From Isurus oxyrinchus (taxonomy: Eukaryota): DNA of 64,000 nt. The stretch covers positions 90,148,001 through 90,212,000 of the forward strand of contig JANJGN010000017.1 in NCBI GenBank assembly GCA_026770705.1, in the 5' to 3' direction. Position numbers and translations under genes: made by a program. Position 1 is the first letter of the stretch. The number at the start of each line of letters is the position of its first letter. The notes beneath the pieces were generated by a model, which was not told the DNA's origin, did no database searches, and saw nothing but the letters and a program-made list of their open reading frames with translations. Shown one piece after another: positions 13,041-25,300 of the stretch.

Positions 13041-13589
13041 ATCTGGAAGCAGTGTGATGTTTTGAGTTGCATTTATCATACTCCAGCATGACATTTTAGG
13101 TGTCACACTGTCAAGCATGCAAGTATCTTTGTCACACATTTTTCAAAGTATTGGGGAATAGGAAAGGAAGCCTATCATTTCTAATGGATAGAGACTTTCC
13201 CCCCAGTTACATCAAATAATTTGGAATTACTCACAGGAATATTTCTGAAGACTAATTAGCTTCAAATGACCATTGGCTATTATGATAATTAGCTCTTGTG
13301 ATCTTTAAAAGGAAACTGCCAAGAAATTTGCTTTTCATGAATAGTGAAAATTTAAGGGAATTCGACTGGTGAAGCTGCTCTAGAAGATTAGGGGAATCTC
13401 AAGTGATCACCTTATCGGGAAACTGTCAGGAAAGACTGAACAGGCTGACAGTTTTTCCTCCAGAAAAAAATAAGTTTGAGAGGTGATTTGATAGAAATGT
13501 TTAGTGCAATATGCTAGATGTAACAAATGATGTTGGGAAGCCTAAGATCGGGACCATTAATACAGGATAGTTACTAATAACATAGATTG

Positions 13590-14944
13590 CAATGTATATG
13601 TTGACCCAGCATAAAAGATGACCCTGTTTTTGGCCAAAATGCATGGTTAGGCCATACTTGCCATATACATGGCACCCACACCTCCCTGCCTCCCCTGTCA
13701 ACTGATAAATGCATGTTTAAGGCTACACTCGAATTAGGAATTGTCACAAAACTACCATATTTTTTCTAATATTAGTGGAGGATACTGTAACAAAGGCTTT
13801 TGTTTGTGTGTAGGTGGATGATTCTGTCTTTATCGCTGATGAATCAAGTTAGAGATGCACAGACTGCAAGGTTGAAATTATCAAAAGTGTTAGCTATAAA
13901 AGGACACGTGAAATACTAATGAGTGAACTAGGGTAAAGTCTAGGCAGATAGGGTGTGAATGAAATTTACATTTTAAGATAATTGGAGAGGTGTTTGGCTT
14001 TCAATGAGACAGAGACGGTAGGATGTTTACAACTAACAAGATAAATAAGGCAGGTTGATTTTTCCCAAAACTGACCATACTGACACCATAAAAGATTTTC
14101 ATATTATGGAAAAAGTAAATTCCAAAGACATGGGGGAACAATGGGATTTACAGATTAAAGAAGAAGAACTATATTTACAGAAGGATTGAAAGGCTATGTG
14201 GATGGCCATGTAATATCTGAAAGGCACACCATGTGAAACAGACTTGGGGAAAAACCTCTAGCCACTTTCAGAAGTCTGTTCTTCTAGTAACCAAAGTTGT
14301 GTTAAAAGCCTTTGGAATTCCACTGTTGAGTCGGTGTTTGTAGTAACCTTGCTGGATTGTTGCTATAAATTTAAAATCTATTTTGGACAGTTGCCTTAAA
14401 GGGGGTGTGTAGTTAGGAGTCTGGTTCACTAGGAATTTTGGGAATTGTTATAATATTAAGTAACCATGTAATTGTAATCTTGTGTATGTGTTTTATTCTT
14501 TTTTTTGTTAATAAATGTTTTAATTTAATTTTTTGAACCTACAAAGTGGACTCATTACGTCTGAATTCAGTGCACAAATCTTCTCGTAATATATACAAAT
14601 TGCAAAACCATTATGATAGCGTGGCCAAATTTCCCTTGTGGATTTGGTTAGCCTGGCAAGTACCACCTGCTGTGTCATAACAAAATTGACCTCAATTTTT
14701 CAGCTCAGAAAGACGTGCTTAGGGTTATATGTGCCTTGGGATCAAGCAGGCGATGGACCATGTTGCCAAGATGAGTGGGAGTTTAAAACACACCCATACA
14801 GAGCAGAATGACAAACAGAAATTTTTCTACATTTCAAAATGGTGACTACCTACACCAACACCAAGTCAGTGTATAAGTTGGCCCTGCTTTTGGAATGATT
14901 TCTCAAAACTTCAAAGGTCGACTTATACGCTGCGATCTGTGGTA
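13590..14944. mobile_element. Possible pogo/Tigger-type MITE interrupted by a solo LTR, sitting within CR1 3' remnants (13420-13570, 14950-15190)
   Basis: Right end gtcgacttatacgctgcgatctgtggta resembles pogo-type TIRs; left end degenerate. Confidence 0.35.
13786..14682 (+). mobile_element. Solo LTR (Gypsy/Gmr1-related)
   Basis: TGTAACA...TCATAACA termini, AATAAA near 14510, U5-like region similar to the LTR at 44782-45611; TSD not evident. Confidence 0.75.
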
Positions 14945-15812
14945 AATCTGATAGGGAATTCAAGCTTCTTTCCCTTGGCAGTGATAAAAATATGGAACTT
15001 GCTACCACATGGAGGAGTTGAGTTGAATTCTATAAATATATTCAAGGGAAAGCTAGATAAACATAAGGTAGAAATGAACAAGAGGAGGATATGCTGATGG
15101 GGTGAAGTGGGGTGGAAGAAGAATCATGTGGAGCAAAAACACCAACATGGGCTGAATGGCCTGTTTCTGTGCTGAAAATTCAATGTAATTCTGTGAAATG
15201 TACTTAACTTCCCCACTCAAAAAAAGATGAATTAAGCAAATCCAAGCTGCGATGCAAGTTTCACAATTTTATGAGAGCTGGAATTAATCTATGTGTCCCC
15301 AAGCCAACACTCACACACACATCATCGATGTAGTCCTTATTATCACTTCTCATTTTGGCAGCTTTTATTACAACTGAAATAAATTGTGCCTAATTAAACT
15401 TTATGGCTGAAAGATGGGCACCGAATTTATAGCTGTGTCTCTCTAAATGATTATGTGTGGCAGTAATGGACTGGGAGAGAAGAATGATTCAACATTGGGA
15501 TTGTTTAGAGAGTTGAATTTCTTTTTTTTAATGGTAATTTAAAGTGATGTTATACCTCACACTCTCACAAATGAGTTAGTTTAGAGAGCATTCCAGAATG
15601 AACCTTGTTCCTCGCCGTTTTTGAGAGGTCTTATGTTCTGCTTCAAGGCCTTGATTTTTTTCAGCAAATATGATTTTGAAAACTAACACAAATCTTCACA
15701 CATGTGTATCCTGGAGCATTGGTTAACCCAACAGTATGGGCTTTGTGGAGTTCACATTCAACCAACAAGATTACAGCAAGGATTTTGATGACTCCATAAT
15801 GACAGGATCAGA

Positions 15813-16244
15813 CTGACAGGATGAAAAGCTCTGTTCTTAGAAAGCACCCAAGTGAAATAACATTGTGCAAGCTTGAATTCTAATCCTCATCATAACCTTA
15901 GCCATGAACTTAACCCTATCCATAATCCTAATCGTAACCTTAACTTCATCCTAACCCTAACTCTGAAGTGAACCCTAATGCCAACCTTAAACCAAATCCT
16001 AAACCAATCCTTCTCCGAAACCTAACTTTATTTTAAACCTTAACCCTAACGCTAGCCCTAACACTATCCCTGATCCTTATCCTGACTTCAAACTTTAACC
16101 TTAGTATTAGCCCTGACTCTAACAGTGTTAGTTAGTATACGCTCCTGTTCACTTACTAAACCTGCACTGAATGCAACCCAGGCTGACAGGATGAAAAGTT
16201 CTGTTCTTTGAAAGCACCCAAGTGAAATAAAATTGTGCAAGCTT
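15813..16244 (+). repeat. 62-bp direct repeat pair (15813-15874 and 16183-16244) flanking the telomere-like tract
   Basis: ctgacaggatgaaaag...attgtgcaagctt, 3 mismatches. Confidence 0.95.
15880..16122 (+). repeat. Degenerate (TAACCC)n telomere-like tract
   Basis: About 40 diverged hexamers (taaccc, taatcc, taacct, tagccc...), mostly in phase. Confidence 0.8.
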
Positions 16245-16394
16245 CGATCTTGTGGAATAAAACTGCCCAGAATTTGATGCTGATTGACATTTGCACTTAA
16301 TGGGCTGCAATATTCCTTTCGTGGTTTGATGGAAATCTCTTTATTGGGGTGAAAGAGGGAGTTTAATTCTGATTCTAACCTGTGGCATGTGAAG

Positions 16395-16502
16395 GAATAT
16401 GAAGTTGAGGTTAACTTAGATCAGCCATGATCTTATTGAATGGTGGGGAAGGCTCAAGGGGCTGAGTGACCTACTCCTGCTCCTAATTCATGCGTTCGTA
16501 TA
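16395..16502 (+). mobile_element. CR1 3' tail
   Basis: gatcagccatgatcttattgaatgg...cctactcctgctcctaattc, same as 18530-18612 and 48880-48960. Confidence 0.8.
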
Positions 16503-17737
16503 TTGGAATGATTGTTGTACAGAAAGCATTGCTGGTCCGGCCTTACAATACTGAGATCAGGTGAAGGATGGTTGCTGTGGTTTGACTGTGTAAATGTCTG
16601 CTTGGCTGCTATATCAGGGCAAGGAGTTTGGATGGTGTGTTGACACCACTGAAATCTATCTTAGAACGAAAACAACAATGCTCACATTTCCACGGTGTCT
16701 TTGATGGAATTAGACATCCCAGAGCATTTCACAGAGGGATATAGGAATGTCAGAGCAAAGGGACAGGAGATGGCTGCTCCACAACCCAAGTCTGCTCCAT
16801 CATTCTCCTACATCCTGGCTGATCTGTATCTTAAGCTCGTTTACCTGTCTTTGCTTTAAATCCCATGGTACAGTTAGCTAACAAAATTCGATCAAACTTA
16901 GTGTTGACATTTTATTATATTGTTTCATGGGATGTGGGCATCACTGGCTATGCCAGCATTTATTGCCCATCCAAATTGCCCTTGAGAAGGTGGTGGTGAG
17001 CTGCCTTCTCGAACCCCTGCAGTCCATGTGGTGTAGTTAAACCCACAGTGCTGTTAGGGAGGGAGTTCCAGCAATTTGACCCAGTGACAGTGAAGGAACA
17101 GCAATATAGAGTGGAATTTTCCATTCTGGAGACTAAGTGCGGTGTTGGGCAGGAAAATCAGCATGATTCCTGCCTGGTTCATAAGCCACATTGACTGCTC
17201 TTCAGCTAATTATTTATGCATAGCAAGGAACTTGTCCAATCCCGCAGTGAGGTGGGCAATGATTCATCCATCCCGCTGTTACCTCTTGGGGTCGAAGGTC
17301 CTGGTGCCGTAGTTAAACAACACACGCACACATTCACTCTCTGCGGGACAGGAGTGGGCTGAATGTCTCAATGAGCATTTCAACCAAACGTACAAAACCA
17401 TTCTGCACCACAGCTAAGCGAGACCTCCCTGGAGAGACTCCTCCAGGCCATCCAGGAGAGGCTGGAGGTCCTATTTCCAAGAGATGAAGGAGGAGGTCAA
17501 CAAACATGACCACATTGGCCTGGAAGGAGGTCACCAGGGAGGTCAGTGCCTCTGTACCCCAAAAAATGACTGCTCAGCGGTGCTAGAAAAGGATGAATGA
17601 TCTGACCCACTCTGCCAGCTTAAGTGAACCTTCTCCTCGCTTCAAAGTGACACTCTCATAAGGGCATCAAGCAGCCTGAGTGTTGCAGTCCACGGGGATG
17701 TTACATACTACCAGCAGACGGGGCACCAGCATTGAGT

Positions 17738-17973
17738 ACAAAAACAGAATTACCTGGAAAAACTCAGCAGGTCTGGCAGCATCGGCGGAGAAGAAAAGAG
17801 TTGACGTTTCGAGTCCTCATGACCCTTCGACAGAACCAGTTCTGTCGAAGGGTCATGAGGACTCGAAACGTCAACTCTTTTCTTCTCCGCCGATGCTGCC
17901 AGACCTGCTGAGTTTTTCCAGGTAATTCTGTTTTTGTTTTGGATTTCCAGCATCCGCAGTTTTCTTTGTTTTT
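17738..17973. mobile_element. Fold-back mini-PLE: perfect 99-bp inverted arms, 2-nt loop, 13-bp TSD, head-to-head hammerhead motifs
   Basis: Arms 17738-17836 and 17839-17937; TSD accagcattgagt at 17725-17737 and 17974-17986. Confidence 0.95.
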
Positions 17974-18148
17974 ACCAGCATTGAGTGTCTGACAGTCACT
18001 TTTTCATCACCATCTCCTCTAAGATCCTGCACACAAAGCGTCTTCATCCTTTACTGGGGAGGACTCAGCACACACGGCAGGCATGCATGTTTCTGAACTG
18101 CTCCGTCATCCATGCTGCTCACAGTCAATCCATCCATCTTTAAGCAGG

Positions 18149-19338
18149 TGTTAGGAACAGTCTATAGCTTTAAGTTTAATTTATGTTTTGAATTTGGGCG
18201 TTAAGAAAGGTGAAAGCTGGTTTTAGTTTCATTTAAAGGTTTTTGTGAGCTGGGTGCTGGGAAGCCTGGGGCTCTGTTTGTATACATGCATTTTTAATGA
18301 GGCTTTTAATGAGGTAACTGTTCAAAAACAAGGGTCGCTCATTTAAGAAAGAGATGAGGAGAATGTTTTTCTCTCAGAGGGTCGGTGTGTCTTTGGAACT
18401 CACTTCCTCAAAAGGTGGTGGAAGCAGAGTCTTTGAATATTTTTAAGGCAAAACTAGATAGATTCTTGATTAACAAGGGATTGAAAAGTTATCGGGGATA
18501 GGCAGGAATGTGGAGTTGAGCTTAGAATCAGATCAGCCATGATCTTATTGAATGGCGGAGCAAACTTGAGGGGCCGAGTGCCCTACTCCTGTTCCTAATT
18601 CGTATGTTCATATGTTTACAGCTCTTGAAGTGAAGAGATGGGTTACCAAGGGATTAGTAGTTTAGTGAAGTAAAAAAAAAAATAAAGTAGAAAAAACTGT
18701 GCTGTTGCCTAAGTGACAGGGATCCAGAGATACACAGAGAGACAGGGAAACACAGAAGGGTGGTCAGCTAGTGTGTGTATGCCAAAGAGTACAGGCAGAA
18801 GGTCTAATCTCTCTAATAAGAAATTCTGCAAGCCTGCTGGGAAAGTGAGCTTAGGGAACTCATGTGTTTGCTCTGAAGTTGAAGTAATAGTGAGTTTAGA
18901 ATGCAGTATTTTTGGGTGTCTCAGGGAGAGATACCAACTGAAGAAAAGCATCCAGTGAATGCTCAGAAGTCCACTGTAAGAAAAGTGTTTGAAACTGAGC
19001 TAACCCAAGTAAGAAACCTTGGTGTTGAGACAATGGTAAATCTTCACTGGGGTTTTGAGTCTGTAAGGGTTCCTGGGATAAAAGGAGTATTGTGAATCAT
19101 TTTCTGGTATCAGTACTGAAATCTTTGCAACCTTTTTATCTGGTGCAATATAGTTCAGTTTACTTGTTTAATAAATGTTTTACTTTTTGTGTTAACAATA
19201 TACTGGCAGACTCTTGTGAATGTGTTCACTAACTGACCTCCATGGTTTCTAAAAAAATAACAAAGTTAAGATCTACTGGGCCAGGTTTCACTCTTGGGAC
19301 CTGACTTTCCATTATTAACATCAGCTGGGATAATAACA
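18149..19338 (+). mobile_element. Solo LTR inserted at the Harbinger Myb intron/exon boundary; contains a CR1 3' end (18325-18612)
   Basis: TGTTAGG...ATAACA termini, AATAAA near 19170, U5-like region similar to the other solo LTRs. Confidence 0.7.
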
Positions 19339-22300
19339 TGGAACAAGATTTCCCACAATAGGAGGAGACCCAAGACTGGAGGGAAGATGCCAGAGTTGAG
19401 GACACTCACCCATTATGAGGAACAGGTGGCAGAGCCAGCTTATAAGGAGAGGGATATTTCTTGCATGGAAGGTGAAAATGGCCTCCCCCAACAAGCCAGT
19501 GAGTGTCCATCCAGTATACATTGGCCACATGCGAACAATGACTGTGAGTGACCTAAAATGGGGGTAGCTATGTAGAGGTGAAGGGAGAGCACCAGCCAGC
19601 GCATCAGCCCCAATGTCCAGACTGCCTCGGATGAGGATGCTGAAGACCCATCTGATGAAGACTCGGCACTGCATTCACCTGCACCCTGCACCATCACAGA
19701 CACACGCACCTCGGTGTCTCCTAGTTCTAGAGCAGGCTCGGGGTCACTATCTGGTGAACATCCCATGGACACGTGTCCAAAGCAGGCAGAGGCAGTGTCA
19801 GCCGAGGTCTCTGACACTCAGAGGAATGCTGGAGACCAGGCCCCTATTGAGTCCGAGTCCGATGGCAAGTCTCTGGAATTGGCACTCAGAAAAATGTTGG
19901 AGCTGCAAAGAGAGGTAAGGGAACATCAGGCAGAGTCATCAGACGCCATGAGTATATCAGAACAAAGGATGGAGGAGTCCATCCACATTCTGTCTGATGT
20001 TGTGGCTCTGGCAAGTGAGCACATCAGAGTCTCCAGTGGAAGGGTGGGGGCCACCCAGAAGACCAGGTCCAGCACTTTCTGCTGGATTTGCACTCGGACC
20101 TGCACATCATCACTTTAGCCATGAGTCCATTCCAGCAGTGGCAAGGCAAGAGGGGGACGGGGTACCTCAACCTCCCTCCAGGTCCCTTTCTCCTCAAGCA
20201 GTCAGGGAGGGACCCTTGGGCACTCACAGGTAGGAAGAGCGTCTGCCGGACACCCTGAGGGCATTCACTGAGGGCACTTCAGGGGTGTCCAGCCACTCCA
20301 GATCTCCTCTGCCTATGATCCCATCAACTCCAGCAAGTCAGGCCGAGGAACGTGCTTCTGCCCTGGAATAGACCGGGGCCCTCTAGGCCTTGGGCCTCCA
20401 GAGGACGCCCGCCAAAGTCATCGCAGCCAGGAGGGCTAAGCCGTCAGCAAGTTGCCTTCACCTCTGCTGTGGATGTCAGGGATGCAAGGCGCAGCGGTAC
20501 ATATAAAAAAATTCAGACATTCTGAAAGCACAATAGTGACAAGGGTGTTCTATCACTGTACATGCTTTGCATCTATGTAAATATATTTTGTTTTTCTTCC
20601 TCAGGTACGGAATAGCTCTTCCATGTGATGCAATGTTCCGCAATCATCCAAGGGTAACAGATGCCCCCCCCACCCAAGTATTGCCCATTGTGTCCCTCAG
20701 TTCCAGGCTGCCTCACTGAATCTCAGCTCAGTCAGTCGCTCTTATTTCTACAAAAGCGTCATGAACAAAGGCAGTTCCTATATGAACATGGTGTTTTGGC
20801 AATGAACATGTAAGCCTTGCATCAGAGGATCATATAATGTGGCCTCATGAGTATAGCTCTTGGAAGGTTATTGATGATCCTGATGCAGCTGCAGTGAAGT
20901 CTGTTCTCTGTGTATATTATAGGGATTTCTCGTGACCTGCGTTTGAGTCATTCCAAGCAAGTGCACTTTTCAATGACTGTCAAGTTCGGGTTGCAGATTA
21001 ATTAATTGTAGAGGACTGTAGCCTTTCATGCCTGCCTGCAGTGTTATCTCATTACCGCTGTACATTACTCTTTCATTAGTTTCCACTCTCCACATGCATG
21101 ATGAAGAGCAATGTAAATTAGTGAGATTTGAAATGTGTGCCAGACAGCAATGAGCGATGTTATAGGTACATGTCTAGCCTCATGATGCCTGTATGTTACA
21201 TGTGAGGACGCTAGTTTATACCTAAAGGTCTGGCTAGCATGTCTTGATGGAATCCATGTGGTAGGTCTCATTAGGACAATCAACGTGGATCTCTCAACCT
21301 GACGGTGCAATCAGTGTCTTAGGCTTCCTTGTACATATCGCACTCTGACAGAATGAAAATGTGGAGGACTGTGATGGGATGAGAGCAATGCTCCTGCACA
21401 TCTCCTGAGTGCTCTTTAGTGTTTACGAGGATACAAAGTTATCATTAAATGCTGTGTCAACACTGACTGGGCCATGTTTCTCCAGATGCCAAGGCAATGC
21501 TGGATGTTAACTTGGGAAGCTTCAGTTGAAGACAGGGTCATAAGTGCTTGTCAATGATCACATGATGGTCCTGCTGAAGCACTCTCTGTGCTTACAACAG
21601 TAACCGAACTGGCTGGTTCTCTTCCATGATGTAGAGTGACAGATCACAGCATCCTGAAGAGAGATGTCATCCTCGGGCTCAGTATCGAGATGAGGCCTCC
21701 CCATTAATGACACAAGAGATGGCAAGTGGAGCGATGCCACTGTCCGGATTTAGACCCGTCTTCAGACGGTCAATCGTGACTGATGATTTTCCTCCTTGAG
21801 CCGACTTGCTGAGTTCCTGGCACACTGCCATGAGTGCATTGATGTTTGCAGTAGCTTCCTGCCTCTTGAAGGCTGTCACGGCCAGTGAAATGTTGGTGCA
21901 ATAGTTGAAAGGACAGCACCATGTCTTCTTGCTTCAGACTGAGCACTGGTGGAGTGTTTATCCCATTACAGAACAGCCACATGCTCCCTAGGGTGCTTAG
22001 CCTTCCCAGGATGAGGCCATAGTAACGCATGAATGTGACTCTTCATTCTGAGATGGATGACCTTTTTCATAATGTTGAGGATGACAAAGAAGGTCTCAAT
22101 GTCTACCCTGCATCGAAAGGACAGGAGAAATGCACTTGTAGCAGCTAGCCTGAACCTTATTCGCCCCGAAACTTTGTTACAATGAGGCTCTCACAGGCAC
22201 ATGTCCATGCAATAGCCTCCTCCTATGGCGCTTCAGAATCATCGCCATCTTCGAATTCACCCTGTTCCACATCCTCCTCATCCTTTGCAGTGTTAGGTTG

Positions 22301-25300
22301 TGTCAGGCACAGCAAACCACGATGACGTGTACACCCTCTGTGCAAATACTGGAGAGATCCACTTGATCGATCCAAACATCTGAAACGTATCTTCAACATG
22401 CCAGTGGTCTGCTCTATTAAGGACTTTGTTGCAGAATGTGCTGCATTGTATCTCTCCTCAGATGCATATTGCGGATGACAAACAGGCGTCTTTAACCACT
22501 TCTACCCCTTACCACCAAGCAGCCAACCCTGAATGTACTGAGGACCCTCAAAGATCTGTGGAACCTGTGAGTGACTCAAGGTGTAAAAGTTGTGCAAACT
22601 CCCAGGGTAAATTGCATAAACGTGCATTATCTGCTTTTGGTGATCACAGCTCAGCTGCATTCTTGGAGACTGGAATCCTTTTCTATTGATAAATTTTACT
22701 GGCTGCTGCTAAGGGGCTCTTAAGGCCATATGTGTGCAGTTTATGGTGCCCTGCACTTGTGGGAAGCCAGAGATTGCTGTGAAACCCACAACTCTGGCAG
22801 TCTGGCTTACTTCATCCATGGTGAACTGCATGTAATTATGTGCTTTATTGGAAAAGGGCATCAGTCACCTCCTTTATGCATTTACACGTAGACGACTGTT
22901 AGATTCCACAGAGGTCCCCAGTGGAGCCCTGGAACAATGCACTGGCAAAAATGTTGAGTGCGGCAGTTATCTTCAGCGCAACTGACACTGGATGGCTCCC
23001 ACTCTGTGCGGAGTGAGATCCTCACTGATAGTGTGGCAGATATCTCTCCCACATCCCTTGACAAGTGAAGACGTTTGTGGCACTGTCTCTCGCATGCCTC
23101 CATGTAAGAATGGTGTCTTCTGTGGACCTTTGATGGTACCAACGCCTCCATGGATTTTGTCCCCGCTTGTCAGCATCTGGGTCTTCCTGGGGCCCCCCTG
23201 GCTCCTGTTCCTCAGGGCAATGATCTTCCCTGAGCTGTGCCATACAGTCACAGGCCCTTCTTCTCCCCCATATGCATAAAACCCATCAAGAAGGCAGCGT
23301 TGCCTGCACTCTGCACCTCTCTCTGTATCCCTGTGGACAAATAGAATAAGAGACATGATTGCACCTCACCCTGGACTGCTTTCCCTCCATCGCCAAGCCA
23401 GAAAGCCAGTGTGAAGCCCAAGGCCTGCCCTCATTTCAGACTTTGCATCCCCAGGTCACCCCTTGTAAGCGACGCACATCCAGAAGGTTCACAGCTGGCT
23501 GAGCTTCCCCCCCTCCGAATGACTGCTCATTCACTAATAGACTTTGATCAGGGTGAATGCAGCCATATGCTCTTACCCTCACTCAGACTACTCTCTGCCT
23601 GCCTCCTTTAGTCTTGGCACTAGCCCAGCCTCGCACCAATTTCATGAGAGCAAGTGTTGTGGCCTGTAAGCCATGACCATTCAAATGATAATGCGGAGCC
23701 TTGCCTTGAACTTGTTGCTCATGTGCAGCAGCCATGCCCCTTAATTGTTTGATCCTCCTTCTCTTTTTACCTGCCTGTGTGACAGACGTGGGCAATCAGA
23801 CCAAATCAAATGTTTCCCCAAGGATGAACAGATTCTCGCCTGAATGTGCTCCATGAGCTGAGGTGCCGAACTCCCTGAATTGATGTCTGACACATTAACA
23901 GTTCTCAGCTAAGCCATGATGTGTGTGTCTTGAGCTGATAATTGTTAGGGTGCCTCTTCAATCGGCCCAGAATTGCAGTCCTTGACTCCTCCCACACACT
24001 CAGCCCTCTCCCCGGGCAAATTTTTTCAAGCGTTAGTTTTCAACTGCATCATTCCTAGCTGCTGATCATCCTGGTGGTGCTGTGTTTTGTGTGGGTAACC
24101 AGCTTTCACCATCCCCCTCTTACCCTCCAAGTCCCTCCTATCCTCCCCCGTCCTCACCACATCCACATTCCTTTTCCTCCGATCACTCTCCTGCCTCTCC
24201 CATCACCTGGGAGTCAATCTTTATAAATGTTGATATTCCTGCCCTTCCCCTGAACCATTTAATGTGGATGTCCCCAGGCCTTTTGTCAACATTCCCCCCT
24301 CCTCTTCCTGAGGCCACGTGCACTGTGACTTTCAGGGAGCCTCTCAGCCCACATGAGACCATCCAATAACCCGCTTGACTTACCAACTTGCACATATCAG
24401 GATGCAGATGTCTCTCCTGACCATGACTGTGGCCATCTGCTGCCCAGTATAAATCCTCCAATTCCCAAGACCAACATCTGTAACTGACTAACCACACCCT
24501 GCACATCACACTGTGCCCAACCATCACTGCGCAGAGAGGCCTACCCCGTCCCAGGACCAGGACCAAGACATGAATGCCATGCAGAGCCCTCTAGCATGGT
24601 CCGCTTAGCCCCAGGATTGTCTTCTGATTCTGCCCCCGACAGAGTGGCCTCAGTCCAGGACTGTCTCACATTACTACCCGCTATATCTTTGACAACAGCC
24701 CGTGCATCCCTTCTGCTTAGTTATGCCTCTGGCTGCACCTCTTCCTCCACCCCAATGTGCTCAACTCACTCGCCCCACAGTCATACCCCTGTCTTCCCAC
24801 CTCCCGACTGGTACTGCCTCCTGTGCGCCAGCCTTGGTGCAATTTCTGACAAGCCTTGAGATCTTGCAGCATCGCTCTTAAAGGAAGGTGAAAGCAGCGT
24901 CTACGCACCTTCAAGTCACTGGTGAGGTGAGAGTTGCCAGGTGCTCACCACTTATATACCCATGTCCCTGGAGAATTTTTCTAGGACTCTGGATTACTAG
25001 TCCAGTTGCCTTACCATTATACCACTGTCTCTTTGGCTTTGAGGGGAGCTTGCAGGTGGTGGTGTTCTCATGCATCTGCTGCCCTTGTCCTTCTCAAAGA
25101 TAGAGGTCATGGGTTTTGAAGCTGCTGTCAAAGGAGCCTTGGTGAATTCATGTAGTGCATCTTGTAGATGGTACTCGCTGCTGCCACTGTGCATCGGTGG
25201 TGGAGGGAGTGAATGTTTGTGGGTGGGGTGCCAATCAAGTGGGCTGCTTTGTCCTAGATGGTGTCCAACTTCTTTAGTGTTTTGGAGGCTGCACTCATCA

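Larger units (their letters stand above)
17109..24980. mobile_element. Decayed PIF/Harbinger transposon: spliced Myb/SANT gene (+, ~17400-20530) and HARBI1-like nuclease (-, ~22140-23350)
   Basis: Left TIR-like gagtggaattttcc; APQLSETSLERLLQA...AWKEV...KRMNDL; nuclease motifs GTINCTHMALRAP, FINRKG, GWLLGGKG, LIEQTTGMLKIRFRCLD with catalytic residues mutated; right end uncertain. Confidence 0.8.

Noticed and set aside
17922-17950. GT...AG mini-intron in the pLTR (gtaatt...tttccag)
   Set aside because: Only ~29 nt, too short for a vertebrate spliceosomal intron, and no spliced copy is seen
17680-17953. Nearly identical peptides on opposite strands
   Set aside because: Trivial consequence of the DNA palindrome; no coding evidence
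22140-23350. Domesticated HARBI1 host gene
   Set aside because: Catalytic aspartates mutated, stops and frameshifts present, embedded in a transposon with its Myb partner
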